Shown: positions 13,001 through 23,398 of the stretch, piece by piece
How positions within the stretch are numbered: position 1 is the stretch's first letter
How the letters are laid out: every line of letters starts with the position of its first letter
Assembly (NCBI GenBank): GCA_904063045.1
Contig: CAJFCJ010000028.1
Coordinates: 434,001 to 498,000, forward strand
DNA length: 64,000 bases
From: Dimorphilus gyrociliatus
Lineage: Eukaryota > Animalia > Annelida
Direction of reading: 5' to 3'
Notes under the pieces: generated by a model
What the model was told of the DNA's origin: nothing
The model's database searches: none
The model's input: the letters and a program-made list of their open reading frames with translations, nothing else
Program-made: the position numbers and the translations under genes

Positions 13001-14648
13001 ACTTCCCTCCAACATCTCTGGAGAGATTTATGCCGAATTTCTTCAGGGAACAGTTTTCCCAATTTTGAGGGAAAAATTTGGAGAAAACTTCACCTTTCAG
13101 CAGGATAATGCACCCCCACACACTGCCAGAGTAACAATGGATATCCTGGAGGAGAATGGAATTCAAGTCCTTGATTGGCCTCCATACTCTCCAGACCTCA
13201 ACCCCATAGAGAATTTGTGGGGTTATTTAAAAATTAAAGTGTATGAAATTCAAACACCAAAAACCCTTGACCATTTATGGGACAGGATACAGGAAGAGGT
13301 GGACAAAATCAATACAAGCAATAGAGATTTTGTGAAAAATTTATATAGAGGAATCGGGGAGAGAGTTTGGCAAGTTATTATCAATAAAGGAAACAGAATT
13401 AAAAAGTAGTTTTTAGACTGAGACAAAACGCAAAAATTTAGAAAAAAAACCTTGACAAACTATGTAATTAAATTTATATAAATATTTTTGGCCATTTTTT
13501 TTGGGACTATTTTTAATGATAAATAAACATAGAATTAAAAAACATTCTTTTTTTTATATAAGAATATTTTTTTCAGTAAACTAAATCCATTTTCTGGTTT
13601 ATAACATATTCTTCAACAAATATTTAAAAAAAGAACAAACAATTTTGTTGAAGAAATCCAAAAAAAAATTATTTTATAGAAAAAAAAAATTTTTTTTTTC
13701 ATGTATAGATATTTATGACCGCGGCTGTATATATATATATATATATTAGTATATATTATCATTATTAGTTTAAATATTTAAAAAACACCTATAAAAACAG
13801 ATAAATAACTTACTTAACTCCTCAAACTCGTCCAAAGCAATAACTTCATCAATGCTATTACAATTAAATAAACCGAATATTTTATGAAATTTTTCACAAG
13901 CCAATAAGCCTTCTTTCTTTTTTCTATATTCTATAAAAATATATCTGAAAATCTCAGGAGATTATCAACAATTCAGTATAAATATTTAATTAAATGCTAG
14001 TTTGCTTTATTACTGATTTTTTTCAAGTTTGCGCTTAAATTTACCAAGCTTTCTTAGTTCTTTTAGGATAATCTGTAGGATTACTGTTAATTAATTTAAT
14101 GTATATATAATATAAATATTTTTAATAGATAAATAATTAGTTAAATTATTATTACTTTATCGTGAAGTTGACTTCTGTGCATATTCCTTTTAAAATAAAT
14201 AATAAACGGAGGATCTGATATTAGAAGAAGCATTTGTTCAGTTTCGTTTCTTAGTATACAACCACTTTGTATTGTAACATCTTGAGAGGTTTTATCTTTA
14301 CTACATGAATGACATCTATCCGTTGAGATATTGTAATTGTTACAACAACTATTAATGTATATAATTTATTTTAATATTAAAGAATATATGGTTATCCTAA
14401 TTGTTTATTAGTTAATACAAACCAGCAGGTCCAATCGTCCAAGTATCCGTATCTTAACTTACAAGTGTCCAAGTTAACAGAACAACCGAAGCACATTTTA
14501 TAAAATCTCTTATTAATCTTACCACAGAATCTAGAATTTGTTTAAATTCTCTTTAAATTAGTAATTATTCTATTTTCCGAAATACTTACATACATTTCCA
14601 ATCTCCTCTATGTACAGTTACCCTTCTAGTTGGCTTGTACATTTTCAT
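10083..14648 (-). CDS. Uncharacterised protein of roughly 550 aa with two N-terminal RanBP2-type zinc fingers and a K/E-rich C-terminal half, about 12 exons
   Basis: Phase-consistent GT-AG chain: 14648-14590, 14530-14423, 14348-14156, 14072-14014, 13944-13814, 12013-11724, further exons, stop at 10085-10083. Translates GDWKCIFCGKINKRFYKMCFGC and DDWTCCCCNNYNISTDRCHSC. The 3' exon junctions are less certain. Confidence 0.62.
12075..13727 (+). mobile_element. Tc1/mariner DNA transposon (DD34E Tc1 group), 1653 bp, IR/DR-type ends
   Basis: TA at 12073-74 and 13728-29; terminal inverted repeats begin CAGCCGCGGTCA (about 35 bp, 3 mismatches); inner repeats at 12309-12325 and 13477-13493; encloses a transposase frame. 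Confidence 0.96.
12417..13409 (+). pseudogene. Tc1 transposase (330 codons) interrupted by one in-frame TGA at 12783-12785
   Basis: The two ORF-track pieces share one frame. Paired-like HTH with GRPS, FTDESRF, GGGVMVWGCI, FQQDNAPPH and WPPYSPDLNPIENLW; 34 residues between the second D and the E. Confidence 0.92.
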
Positions 14649-15252
14649 ATATGGTTTTTAAAAATATATTGTAAATCTTTTAAAGGTAGAGCGTCTACAA
14701 AGAATATAAAATTGTATTACTTAACTAAATTACAATAGTACTATTACTATCAACCAACAAAATATGATAACATTGCCTTTAATACAATTAAAATCTCCTC
14801 TTTAAATCTGTATTTTACATTTTAATTTCGCTTAGTTTTTATATTTACTAGAAATTTTTAGTCCTACAATACAGACATTGTTTTAATACCTTCTTAATAT
14901 TTTTGAGCACAATCTACAATTATATAAATAAAACAAGTTACTGACTACTTCTCTCAAGTCTGTTTTATAGACCTAATTAAAACTTGCCAACAAGAATTTT
15001 AATCGTTAAATATTATACTCATATATTAAATATACCTTATTAGCAAAAAATAATTAATAATTGATAATAAGTCTATCAAGTTTGTCATCATTTTCTCTAT
15101 CATTTAAATATTAGAACAGGAATGTAACCTAATAAATCTATTAAAGTTTATTAGTTGTATTTATCCTTTGTTCTTAGCTATTTTGCTCTAATACTTGTAG
15201 AAGAAGGATGCATATTTTCTTTAACATAGTTATATATAACTATGAAATCGAA

Positions 15253-15340
15253 AAAATGGCGCAAATCACGTGGTAGTACAGTTTCATATCTACTAACTTC
15301 TGTTTTACTATATGTCACATGACAGATTGCCAAGATGGCG
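15253..15340. promoter_or_regulatory. Bidirectional promoter motifs between the zinc-finger gene and WASHC5: two YY1-like and two E-box motifs
   Basis: AAAATGGCG 15253-61, CACGTG 15267-72, GTCACATGAC 15314-23 and CAAGATGGCG 15331-40; motif match only. Confidence 0.4.
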
Positions 15341-15537
15341 CTTTGTATTGCTTAATAGCAGAAAGTTGGAAAATTGTGAATATACTGCTGCTATTTATTA
15401 TTCGTAATTACAAAGGCAATTAAATAAACAAGCAAATTTGAGTAACCTTATAAGAGCAACAAAAGCTGGCGAAAAGCTTAATATTGAGAGATTTATTTGT
15501 AAATTTGTCGTCTGCTATTTACACCCCTTAAGAAATT

Positions 15538-18500
15538 ATGGACTTTTTGGCTGAAAATAATCATTGTGGTCAAACTATTCTTCGTCTTGTTGCAAGAGGA
15601 AACGCAATAATAGCAGAATTACTAAGATTATCAGATTTTATACCAAATGTATTCAAAACGCCTGAACAAACGAAATACAACGAATTGGTATGCGATTTCA
15701 GCTATCTAAGAACTACAGAAGTATTCGAAAATAAAGTTATTAGCAAATCAGTAAGTAACTCAATTAGAAATTACAGTATTAAATTAACAATCACTTAACG
15801 TTTTACTTTACAAGATAGAGGTCTATTATCATTATCAACTTTATAAACGATTAATTTATCATTTTTACTTGAATTATATAGTGAGTTTCTTTCGGAGAAA
15901 AAATCATCATCACTAGTAGAATGAGGATATCTGGACTTTTTACATATTTTAGTAAATATTTTAAAGAACGGATAATATAAAAGAATTCCAATTTTCCAAA
16001 AGAATATTAACGGCCATAGATAAATACTAAATATTAATTTAATTAGATTATTACCACTCGATTTCTTACCATCAATTGAAATCTTTGATAATGTTACACC
16101 ATGAAATATACTTGATATAAACACACCCAAAGACATATATAACAGCACAAATGCTACCATTGTCAACATTATTGCTCTATTATTATTATTACTATAGTCT
16201 GGGATATTCGTTGAATTTGTTGAATTTAGCAAACTTTCAGATGTAAATTGACCACCACCACTACTCATCGCTCTAACAATTATTAATCTTTTAAATAGAT
16301 TTGTTAAGTTATTTTTGAATTAGTTAAATGATGTTCATTTTTCTAATAATGTACTTAATAAATATGCGAAATATTTTCAAAAAGGGTCTAGAAGATTTGG
16401 ATGAAGAGCTAAAAGAAAATCATATAGACATTTTGACGAGATTTTATGGAGCTTTTGAAGGTGTTCATAAATATGTTACAGATTTAAAAAGGTCTAATTA
16501 ATTAACCAATTTATTTATTTATTTATGAAATTTTTGTATTCAAACAAAACTTATAGATTTATCGAAGATTTGGATGATGGAATCTATATACAACAAACAC
16601 TAGAATCGGTTCTTTTGAATAGCGATGGTAAACAATTGATGGTTTGTTAATTAATTATTAATACTGAAATAATTATCATTATTATAACTAATAATCTTAC
16701 TCTTTTACGTAGTGTGAATCATTATATCTTTATGGAGTTATGCTTCTTATTATCGATATGAAATTCGAAGGAATTGTTAGAGAAAGGATACTCGTCTCTT
16801 ATTATAGATATAGGTAATCTTATCGTTTTTTGTCTTTTGTTTTTTGTTTTAGCTTTATATATTTTAGCGGAGCAAGATCTTCGTCCGAGTCAAACGTTGA
16901 TGATGTATGTCAGTTATTAAGAAATACTGGATTTTCCATGGCTAATGGAGCGAAGAGGCCACCGCTGTATCCCGAAAATTATTTTAAGTATAAATTAACA
17001 AATAATAACGTAGAACATTTAAATTTTATAGTTATTCATACTCTTTTCAGACGGATACCATTAAATTCAACATTTATTACGATGATTTTAGGCTGTCTAA
17101 GATCAGATGATATCTATCATCAAGTAAGGCTCTAATTTTTTCTGGTACTAGTTTAAAAAGTTTTCCTTTATAGATTGCCGCCTATCCTTTGCCCGATCAT
17201 AGAAGTACTGCTTTAGCAACCCAAGCTTCAATGCTCTATGTTTGTTTATATTTCTCACCCGATATTCTTAATAATCATACCGCCAAGATGAGAGAAATCG
17301 TTGATAAATACTTTCCTGATAATTGGGTAATAAGTGTTTATATGGGAATTATTGTTAATTTAATTGACGCTTGGCAACCGTATAAAGCGGCTATGTACGC
17401 TTTAAACAATACGCTGTTACCAGAAAATGTTAAAGACATTGTAAGTACAAAATTAATCTGAAGAAATATCTAACTAATATCACGGTTTAAAACAGACTTC
17501 AAAACAATCAAAACTTACGCAAGAACTTTTACCAAAATGCAAGAAATGTTTACAAGAAGGTGTACTAAGGGAAGATTATGTTTTAGATTCAATTCAAAAG
17601 CTATTGAATCTTATTCGAGTTGCTAATGTCACTTTAAGATGGATGATGCTTCATACAAATATTTTAACTAGTAGTAAGTTATTTAATTAAAAAAAACATG
17701 ATATTTTTCATTTATGAAAAGCTATAACTCAATATTTTATGCCATTTTTTTTTAGATATGGAGTTGAATAAACGTTGTAAACAACTTAGAGATCTAGTTA
17801 TGACTGAAGGAAAGTGTAATTTTGATATGATATTTAAATTATTGTTAAATACCGCTCAATTAGAATTTAAATTGAAAGAGGTTAGTTAGCAAAGGCTTAA
17901 TATTATTAATTAATTTGTATCTTGCTTAAGTATTTATTAATATTTATTACTAATAGATGTTTAAAAAACTATTAAACGAAAAAGAGTCTAAATGGGAATT
18001 TTCAAAAAAAGAGTCTAAAGAAAGAATTGAAGAGTTAAGTGAAGTTTTTTCTGGCACAAAACCTTTGACTAGAATTGAGAAAAATGGTAAATTTTATTAG
18101 GCTTAAATGTTTAACAATTGAAAATTATAATTAATTCAAAATGTTATTAAGATAATCTCAAAACTTGGTTTAACGAAATGGCTAAACAAATTGAATCATT
18201 GAGTTATGATAATTCAACTGCTGCTGGAAGGAAAATTGTTCAACTTATTCAAGCTTTAGAAGAGGTTTAGTTGATAATTGTATTATTCATTTATAATATA
18301 ATTAATTAAAATATAGGTTCAAGAATTTCACCAATTAGAAAGTAATATGCAAGTTAAACAATTCCTTACGGATACTAGAGATTATTTATACAAAATGATT
18401 AGAATAATTAATATAAAAGAGGAAGTTTTGATAAATATGCAAATTATTGGAGATCTGTCTTATGCGTGGATAATCATTGATAACTATACCCAAATTATGC

Positions 18501-21034
18501 AGAATGGTTTAAAGAGGGATCCTTTCCTTGTAACAAAACTTCGGGCTGCATTCTTAAAAGTTTGCATAAATAATATATCTATTATACAGTATGCAGTTTT
18601 GGTTATCTATAAATCTAATCTATCCAACAGTTATCAACCGCCTTAGATTTACCACTTTTAAGAATAAATCAATCCGAAAGTCCTGATTTCCTAAGCGTTT
18701 CACGATATTATTCGGGAGAATTAGTTTCATATGTTCGGAAAGTCCTACAAATCATTCCAGAGACAATGTTTGGACTTTTAGCTAGAATTATTGACTTACA
18801 AACTAGTAAAATAAAAGAGGTTTGCTAAAAAAACGATATTGCTGTCAAGAGTTATAAATAGTTATTTATTTTCTTAAATAGGTTCCTACTAGATTAGATA
18901 AAGACAAAATGCGTCAATTTGCCCAATTAGAAGAAAGGCAAGAAGTTGCACGTCTTACTCACGCTATATCCATTTTTACCGAGGGTATGCTTATGATGAA
19001 AACAACATTAGTTGGAATAATAAAGGTTAATTAATATTTATAGTTAATGACTAATAATTAATAAAATCTAATAAAAATACTCACAGATCGACCCAAAACA
19101 ACTCTTGGAGGATGGTATTAGAAAAGAATTAGTGAAGCAAGTTGCATTAGCCCTACATACCGGACTTGTTTTTAATCCTAAGGCAAAAGTATTAAATTTA
19201 ATTAAATTGATTTACTGTTTATTATAAAAGTAGAAAAATTATTATTTTTCTATAATATTCATGTAGACACCGGAACTAACAATCAAATTGGATCATGTTG
19301 CTAAAAAAATGGACGGATATCGGAGATCTTTCGAATATATTCAGGATTATGTTAATATTTATGGATTAAAAATTTGGCAAGAAGAAATGAGTAGAATTAT
19401 TAATTACAACGTTGAGCAGGAATGCAACAGTTTCCTTAGAACTAAGGTACAAGATTGGCAGAGTATCTTTCAATCAACTGATATTCCTATTCCAAAATTT
19501 GGATCTGTTGATCAATCCGTTAATTTTATTGGAAGATTAGCAAGAGAGATCTTAAGAATGACCGATGCTAAGTAAAATATAATATTTAAAGTATTTAAAG
19601 GCTAAATTAATTAATAATTAATCTATTCATTAGAACTACAAGTTATATTGATCAAACAAATTCTTGGTACGATACAAAAACAAAAGTAGAAGTAATAAAT
19701 GTGAAATTATTTCAAAAATTACAAAAGAGCGTTGGAACATGGGGTTTAGGCGGTTTAGATAGGTTTTTTTCATTTATGATCGTACAGGAAATGCAAAATA
19801 TATCGATATTTATAAAAGTTTGTTATATTATATATTTATATTCTATCTTTTCTATAACTGTAATGATATTTTCGTTTATAGAAAAATGTTCAAAACGATA
19901 GAAATTTGGTTGAAGCATTAAGTCAAGTAAATCAAATGATTAAATCAAAAAATAGTAAATATATTAAAATATATCTCTACAATATAGAATATAAGACTAT
20001 ATTTATATTTCAGTACCAACTAATAAACTAAACGGTTTCATTTACAAAGGAAGTAAATTTTGGCAGTATTTTCTTGATATTATTTTAAAGATTGGACAAT
20101 TACAAATTTTAAGACGTCAAATAACTCATGAACTATATACAACTTGTAAATTTCAATCGAAATTTTTATCGTCCGCTTTGGAAACATTAAATAAGTTTGT
20201 TTTATTAAATATTTCTTTCTCTTTTTTTGTGTTTTTGTTTAACTTGTCACTTATTTTATAAATAATAATCAATTTCTTTCCTTAGGGGACTGTTAGCCGA
20301 TATTGAACGCCATTATCAAGATCCTTCGTTACCATATCCGAAGGACGAAAATCCATTATTATATGAATTATCAATTTATTTGGACAATTGTGGAATGAGT
20401 AATCCATTGACTAAAGTATACTTTTCTTATCGCTTTTAATATATTTATTATTTAACTACCATTTAACCAATAGATTTATACAAATGCTACTCAATTTAAT
20501 ATTAATTTTCCGCTACTTATGTTCTTTGTCGTATTGAATCACATACCGAAGTTAATTTATTCCAAATCAGCTGGTAAATACAATCTATAAATACTATATA
20601 CATGAAAATATATGAATATTCATAAACTTTTAATCATTTTTTTATAGGTAACTTAATTTCTCGAAAGTTATCTGATAGCATTGATGGAACGCCCTTTATT
20701 ATTGGTACATTTAGCATTCTAAAACAATTTCATAAAGACAATATGAATAAGTTTTTGTCTTATATGGCTGCTATCGTTAACTTTCAAATAGAATCTTTGC
20801 CAGGGTAAATAAATTTGTATATATATGTATATATATTTATTTATTTACTTATTTATATATACTTGTTTCTATTATCAATTTAGAGCAAAAGTTTTTGATT
20901 GGCCTCCCGATTTAACGAATTGTTTAACATTTACTGAAGATTTTGCAAAGTATGGTGGATTAGAGAAGAAATACTTAGAAGTTCATATTCCTAAATTTAT
21001 ACTCGATGAGTTTAGAAGTTTAATTGTTAATTAA
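15538..21034 (+). CDS. WASHC5: WASH complex subunit 5 (strumpellin), many exons
   Basis: [75 protein letters not shown] and [40 protein letters not shown]. Confidence 0.97.
15795..16268 (-). CDS. Intronless 157-aa orphan with two predicted TM helices, nested antisense in WASHC5 intron 1
   Basis: ATG-to-stop ORF lying wholly inside intron 15751-16384; N-terminal NxT sequons, two hydrophobic stretches and an S/D/N-rich tail. A 157-codon ORF is unlikely by chance in such AT-rich DNA. Confidence 0.7.
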   Translation of the reverse strand: MSSGGGQFTSESLLNSTNSTNIPDYSNNNNRAIMLTMVAFVLLYMSLGVFISSIFHGVTLSKISIDGKKSSGNNLIKLIFSIYLWPLIFFWKIGILLYYPFFKIFTKICKKSRYPHSTSDDDFFSERNSLYNSSKNDKLIVYKVDNDNRPLSCKVKR

Positions 21035-21144
21035 TTTAATGAATTATATTTAAAAGAGACGTTCTATTTTACATAAATTTTATAATGTACTATAATAAAT
21101 TAGAGTATATGGAGATTTTTCTATAAATTATAAGAATAGTCAAT

Positions 21145-22131
21145 TTATAATCTTTGAGGCATCGCTATCACCTGTTCATAAGATGGAGGTGGTTCGTTAT
21201 TTACGTATGAGTTGTTTGGATGCGCGTTGAATATGACGAAATCGGACGGCGATGAATATGACACCGAATACGGAGGTGGAGAGATCTAGACGAAAATAGA
21301 AAGCATATAGAAAGAATTATCTGATAGCGGAATAAATAAGATTTCTTACCATTATATCATTCGTTAAATTTTCGTTTGAAATAATTTGAGAAGGCGGAAC
21401 TGAGTTACTGCTACTTCTGAGAGCAGTAGAGTTCTTTTTTCTCTTCTTACAAATGCGAAAAACAACTGCCAATCCAATAATGAGTAGAAATAAAGAGAAT
21501 ATTATAGATGCCAATGTGGCCGCATTCGATAATCGTACATTTCGTTTTGCTATAAAAGTCAAAATTTTGTAATTATTAAAAAGAATTTAAGTGCGATTAT
21601 TACGCAACAAACAGATAATCTACTTGATCAGTAAAAGCAATAGTTGAAAAATTTCTTACGGGAAGAAGTAGTATTTTCATTAAATATGTTCAAGCAAATT
21701 TTCTTATTACAATTGTCATGATGAACTTGATATATTAAAAATTGAAATGTCCTATTGTCTTTAATATCACTTCCGTTTGTTACACTGATATAGATATTAG
21801 AAGAAATTATATGACTGTTTATATTCTCTTGCAGATTCTGACAATTCATATTTATCTCTCCAACTTTCATATTAAATCCTATCTTCTCACAATCAATCCT
21901 AAAGTTTACAATATCTAGCAATAACTTTATATTCTCTGGAGCTTTTAATATCATTAAACAATTATCATCTTTATTTAGAATTTGCTGATGATGCAATTCT
22001 AATAAAATATTTCTTTTATTCCTGAATTGATATTCTTTTGAGCAGAAATTATTTAAATATATCTTCTCATACCTGCTCAAACAGACACATTTTACTAGTA
22101 GGAGCAGATATACAAGTTGGCATTGCTTCAT
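21145..22131 (-). CDS. Type I membrane protein of about 270 aa: signal peptide, CUB-like ectodomain, TM helix and two PY motifs; 3 exons
   Basis: Exons 22131-21660, 21549-21350 and 21285-21145 are phase-consistent. Signal-like MKQCQLVYLLLLVKCVCLS, CUB-like Cys spacing, TM LASIIFSLFLLIIGLAVVF, stop-transfer CKKRKK, then PPPY and PPSY. Confidence 0.7.
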
Positions 22132-23005
22132 CTTCGAAACAAATGGAAGCCAAAAAGCTAAGATAAGAATTTTATCAGCCGCTATTTTCAATGACTATAA
22201 AAAATCAATATTTATCTTTAGAACAAAATTGTAATTCGTTCTCCATAACTTTAACTTCTCGTTATTTAATTCATCTTTAATTAGCTTAAAGCGTTTTTCG
22301 CTTAGCTCTCCATATCCTTTTCTCTCTAATACAAACACAAACTATTCAAACACTGCATTGGAATTTAATTACAAGTTCCTATATCGAAATCTTTTATCAA
22401 TTAGAATGTTTTATTTTATTTAACTTGTTATTTCGTAAAACTATATCTATAGTTTTTGATAATTAAATACGTCATAGAGTTACAGAAAAAGTTACTTGCA
22501 ACTATATACGAACGCTTGTACGTAGGTGTAGTTAGGCCTTTATATTGAATATTTGACTCATGCTTGCTCAAATAAAAAAGTTAAATGTAAGCACGTTCTG
22601 TATGCCTAATCAATGGAAGGCGTAGATTATAGGGCCAGAAGAAAAAATAAAGAATGGTTTTATTAAATAATAACACTACTTTAATCACAAATTACATTAA
22701 TATAACGATAGTTTTTACTAATTGACATCTATATACATATATATATTGTATGTATGGCAAATAGATCAATTTATGCATTTCCATAATTGAAAAGCTATAA
22801 AAACTGTATAGCTATAGTTTATAATCAACAATTACTATTATTCAACCACGGAAAGAAAGAGAAAAGTTACCTATTTCAATATAAATCTAATAAAAAGTTC
22901 AAAAAAAGTTTTATAACGTCTGTTTTTTTATTAAAAAAAAAAGAAAACACTATAAAACTATTATAAGCATCATTTTTCCTTAGTTTTTATTTTCTTGGTA
23001 TTAAC

Positions 23006-23013
23006 TTTCCCGC
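23006..23013 (+). promoter_or_regulatory. E2F consensus site TTTCCCGC in the divergent region between the CUB and CARD genes
   Basis: Exact TTTSSCGC match; motif only. Confidence 0.3.
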
Positions 23014-23398
23014 CATTCTTATTTTATTGTCAACAAAACGTAAAAAGCTACGAAATTGGCTCACTCCCAAATCATTACTGAATGGTTGTATTAGCATTAT
23101 CTAGTGTGAATATTTTAGGCCTGCTATTCTATTTTGGAACTTAATTATCATAGAAAAAGAGACTACCAATCTGTTTTTTGAAAGGAATACTTTTTTCGTT
23201 TAAAATATTAAGATAGAATAATTAAAAAATTAAATCTGATCCCTTAATTTCATTTTTAAGTGAAGAAGAATAATATTTCGATTAGAAAAATATTCTATTC
23301 GTTGACATCGAGTCCCCCAGGTAATCTGCCGCTAAGTGTTTAAGCCTATTGTTGCTAAGTAATACAAACCTTCTAGCTACTGAAGAATAAAATAAAAC

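Noticed and set aside
14645-15090. Spliced upstream ORF whose TGA overlaps the zinc-finger gene ATG (ATGA), or a -1 frameshift at TTTTTAAAAAC joining the two
   Set aside because: It needs several weak splice sites, alternative junctions hit stops, and the heptamer is not a canonical slippery site. A homopolymer indel in the assembly cannot be excluded without reads.
22189-22350. About 52 stop-free codons on the minus strand upstream of the CUB gene (ERKGYGELSEKRFKLIK...)
   Set aside because: No start codon, no convincing upstream exon and no recognisable family.
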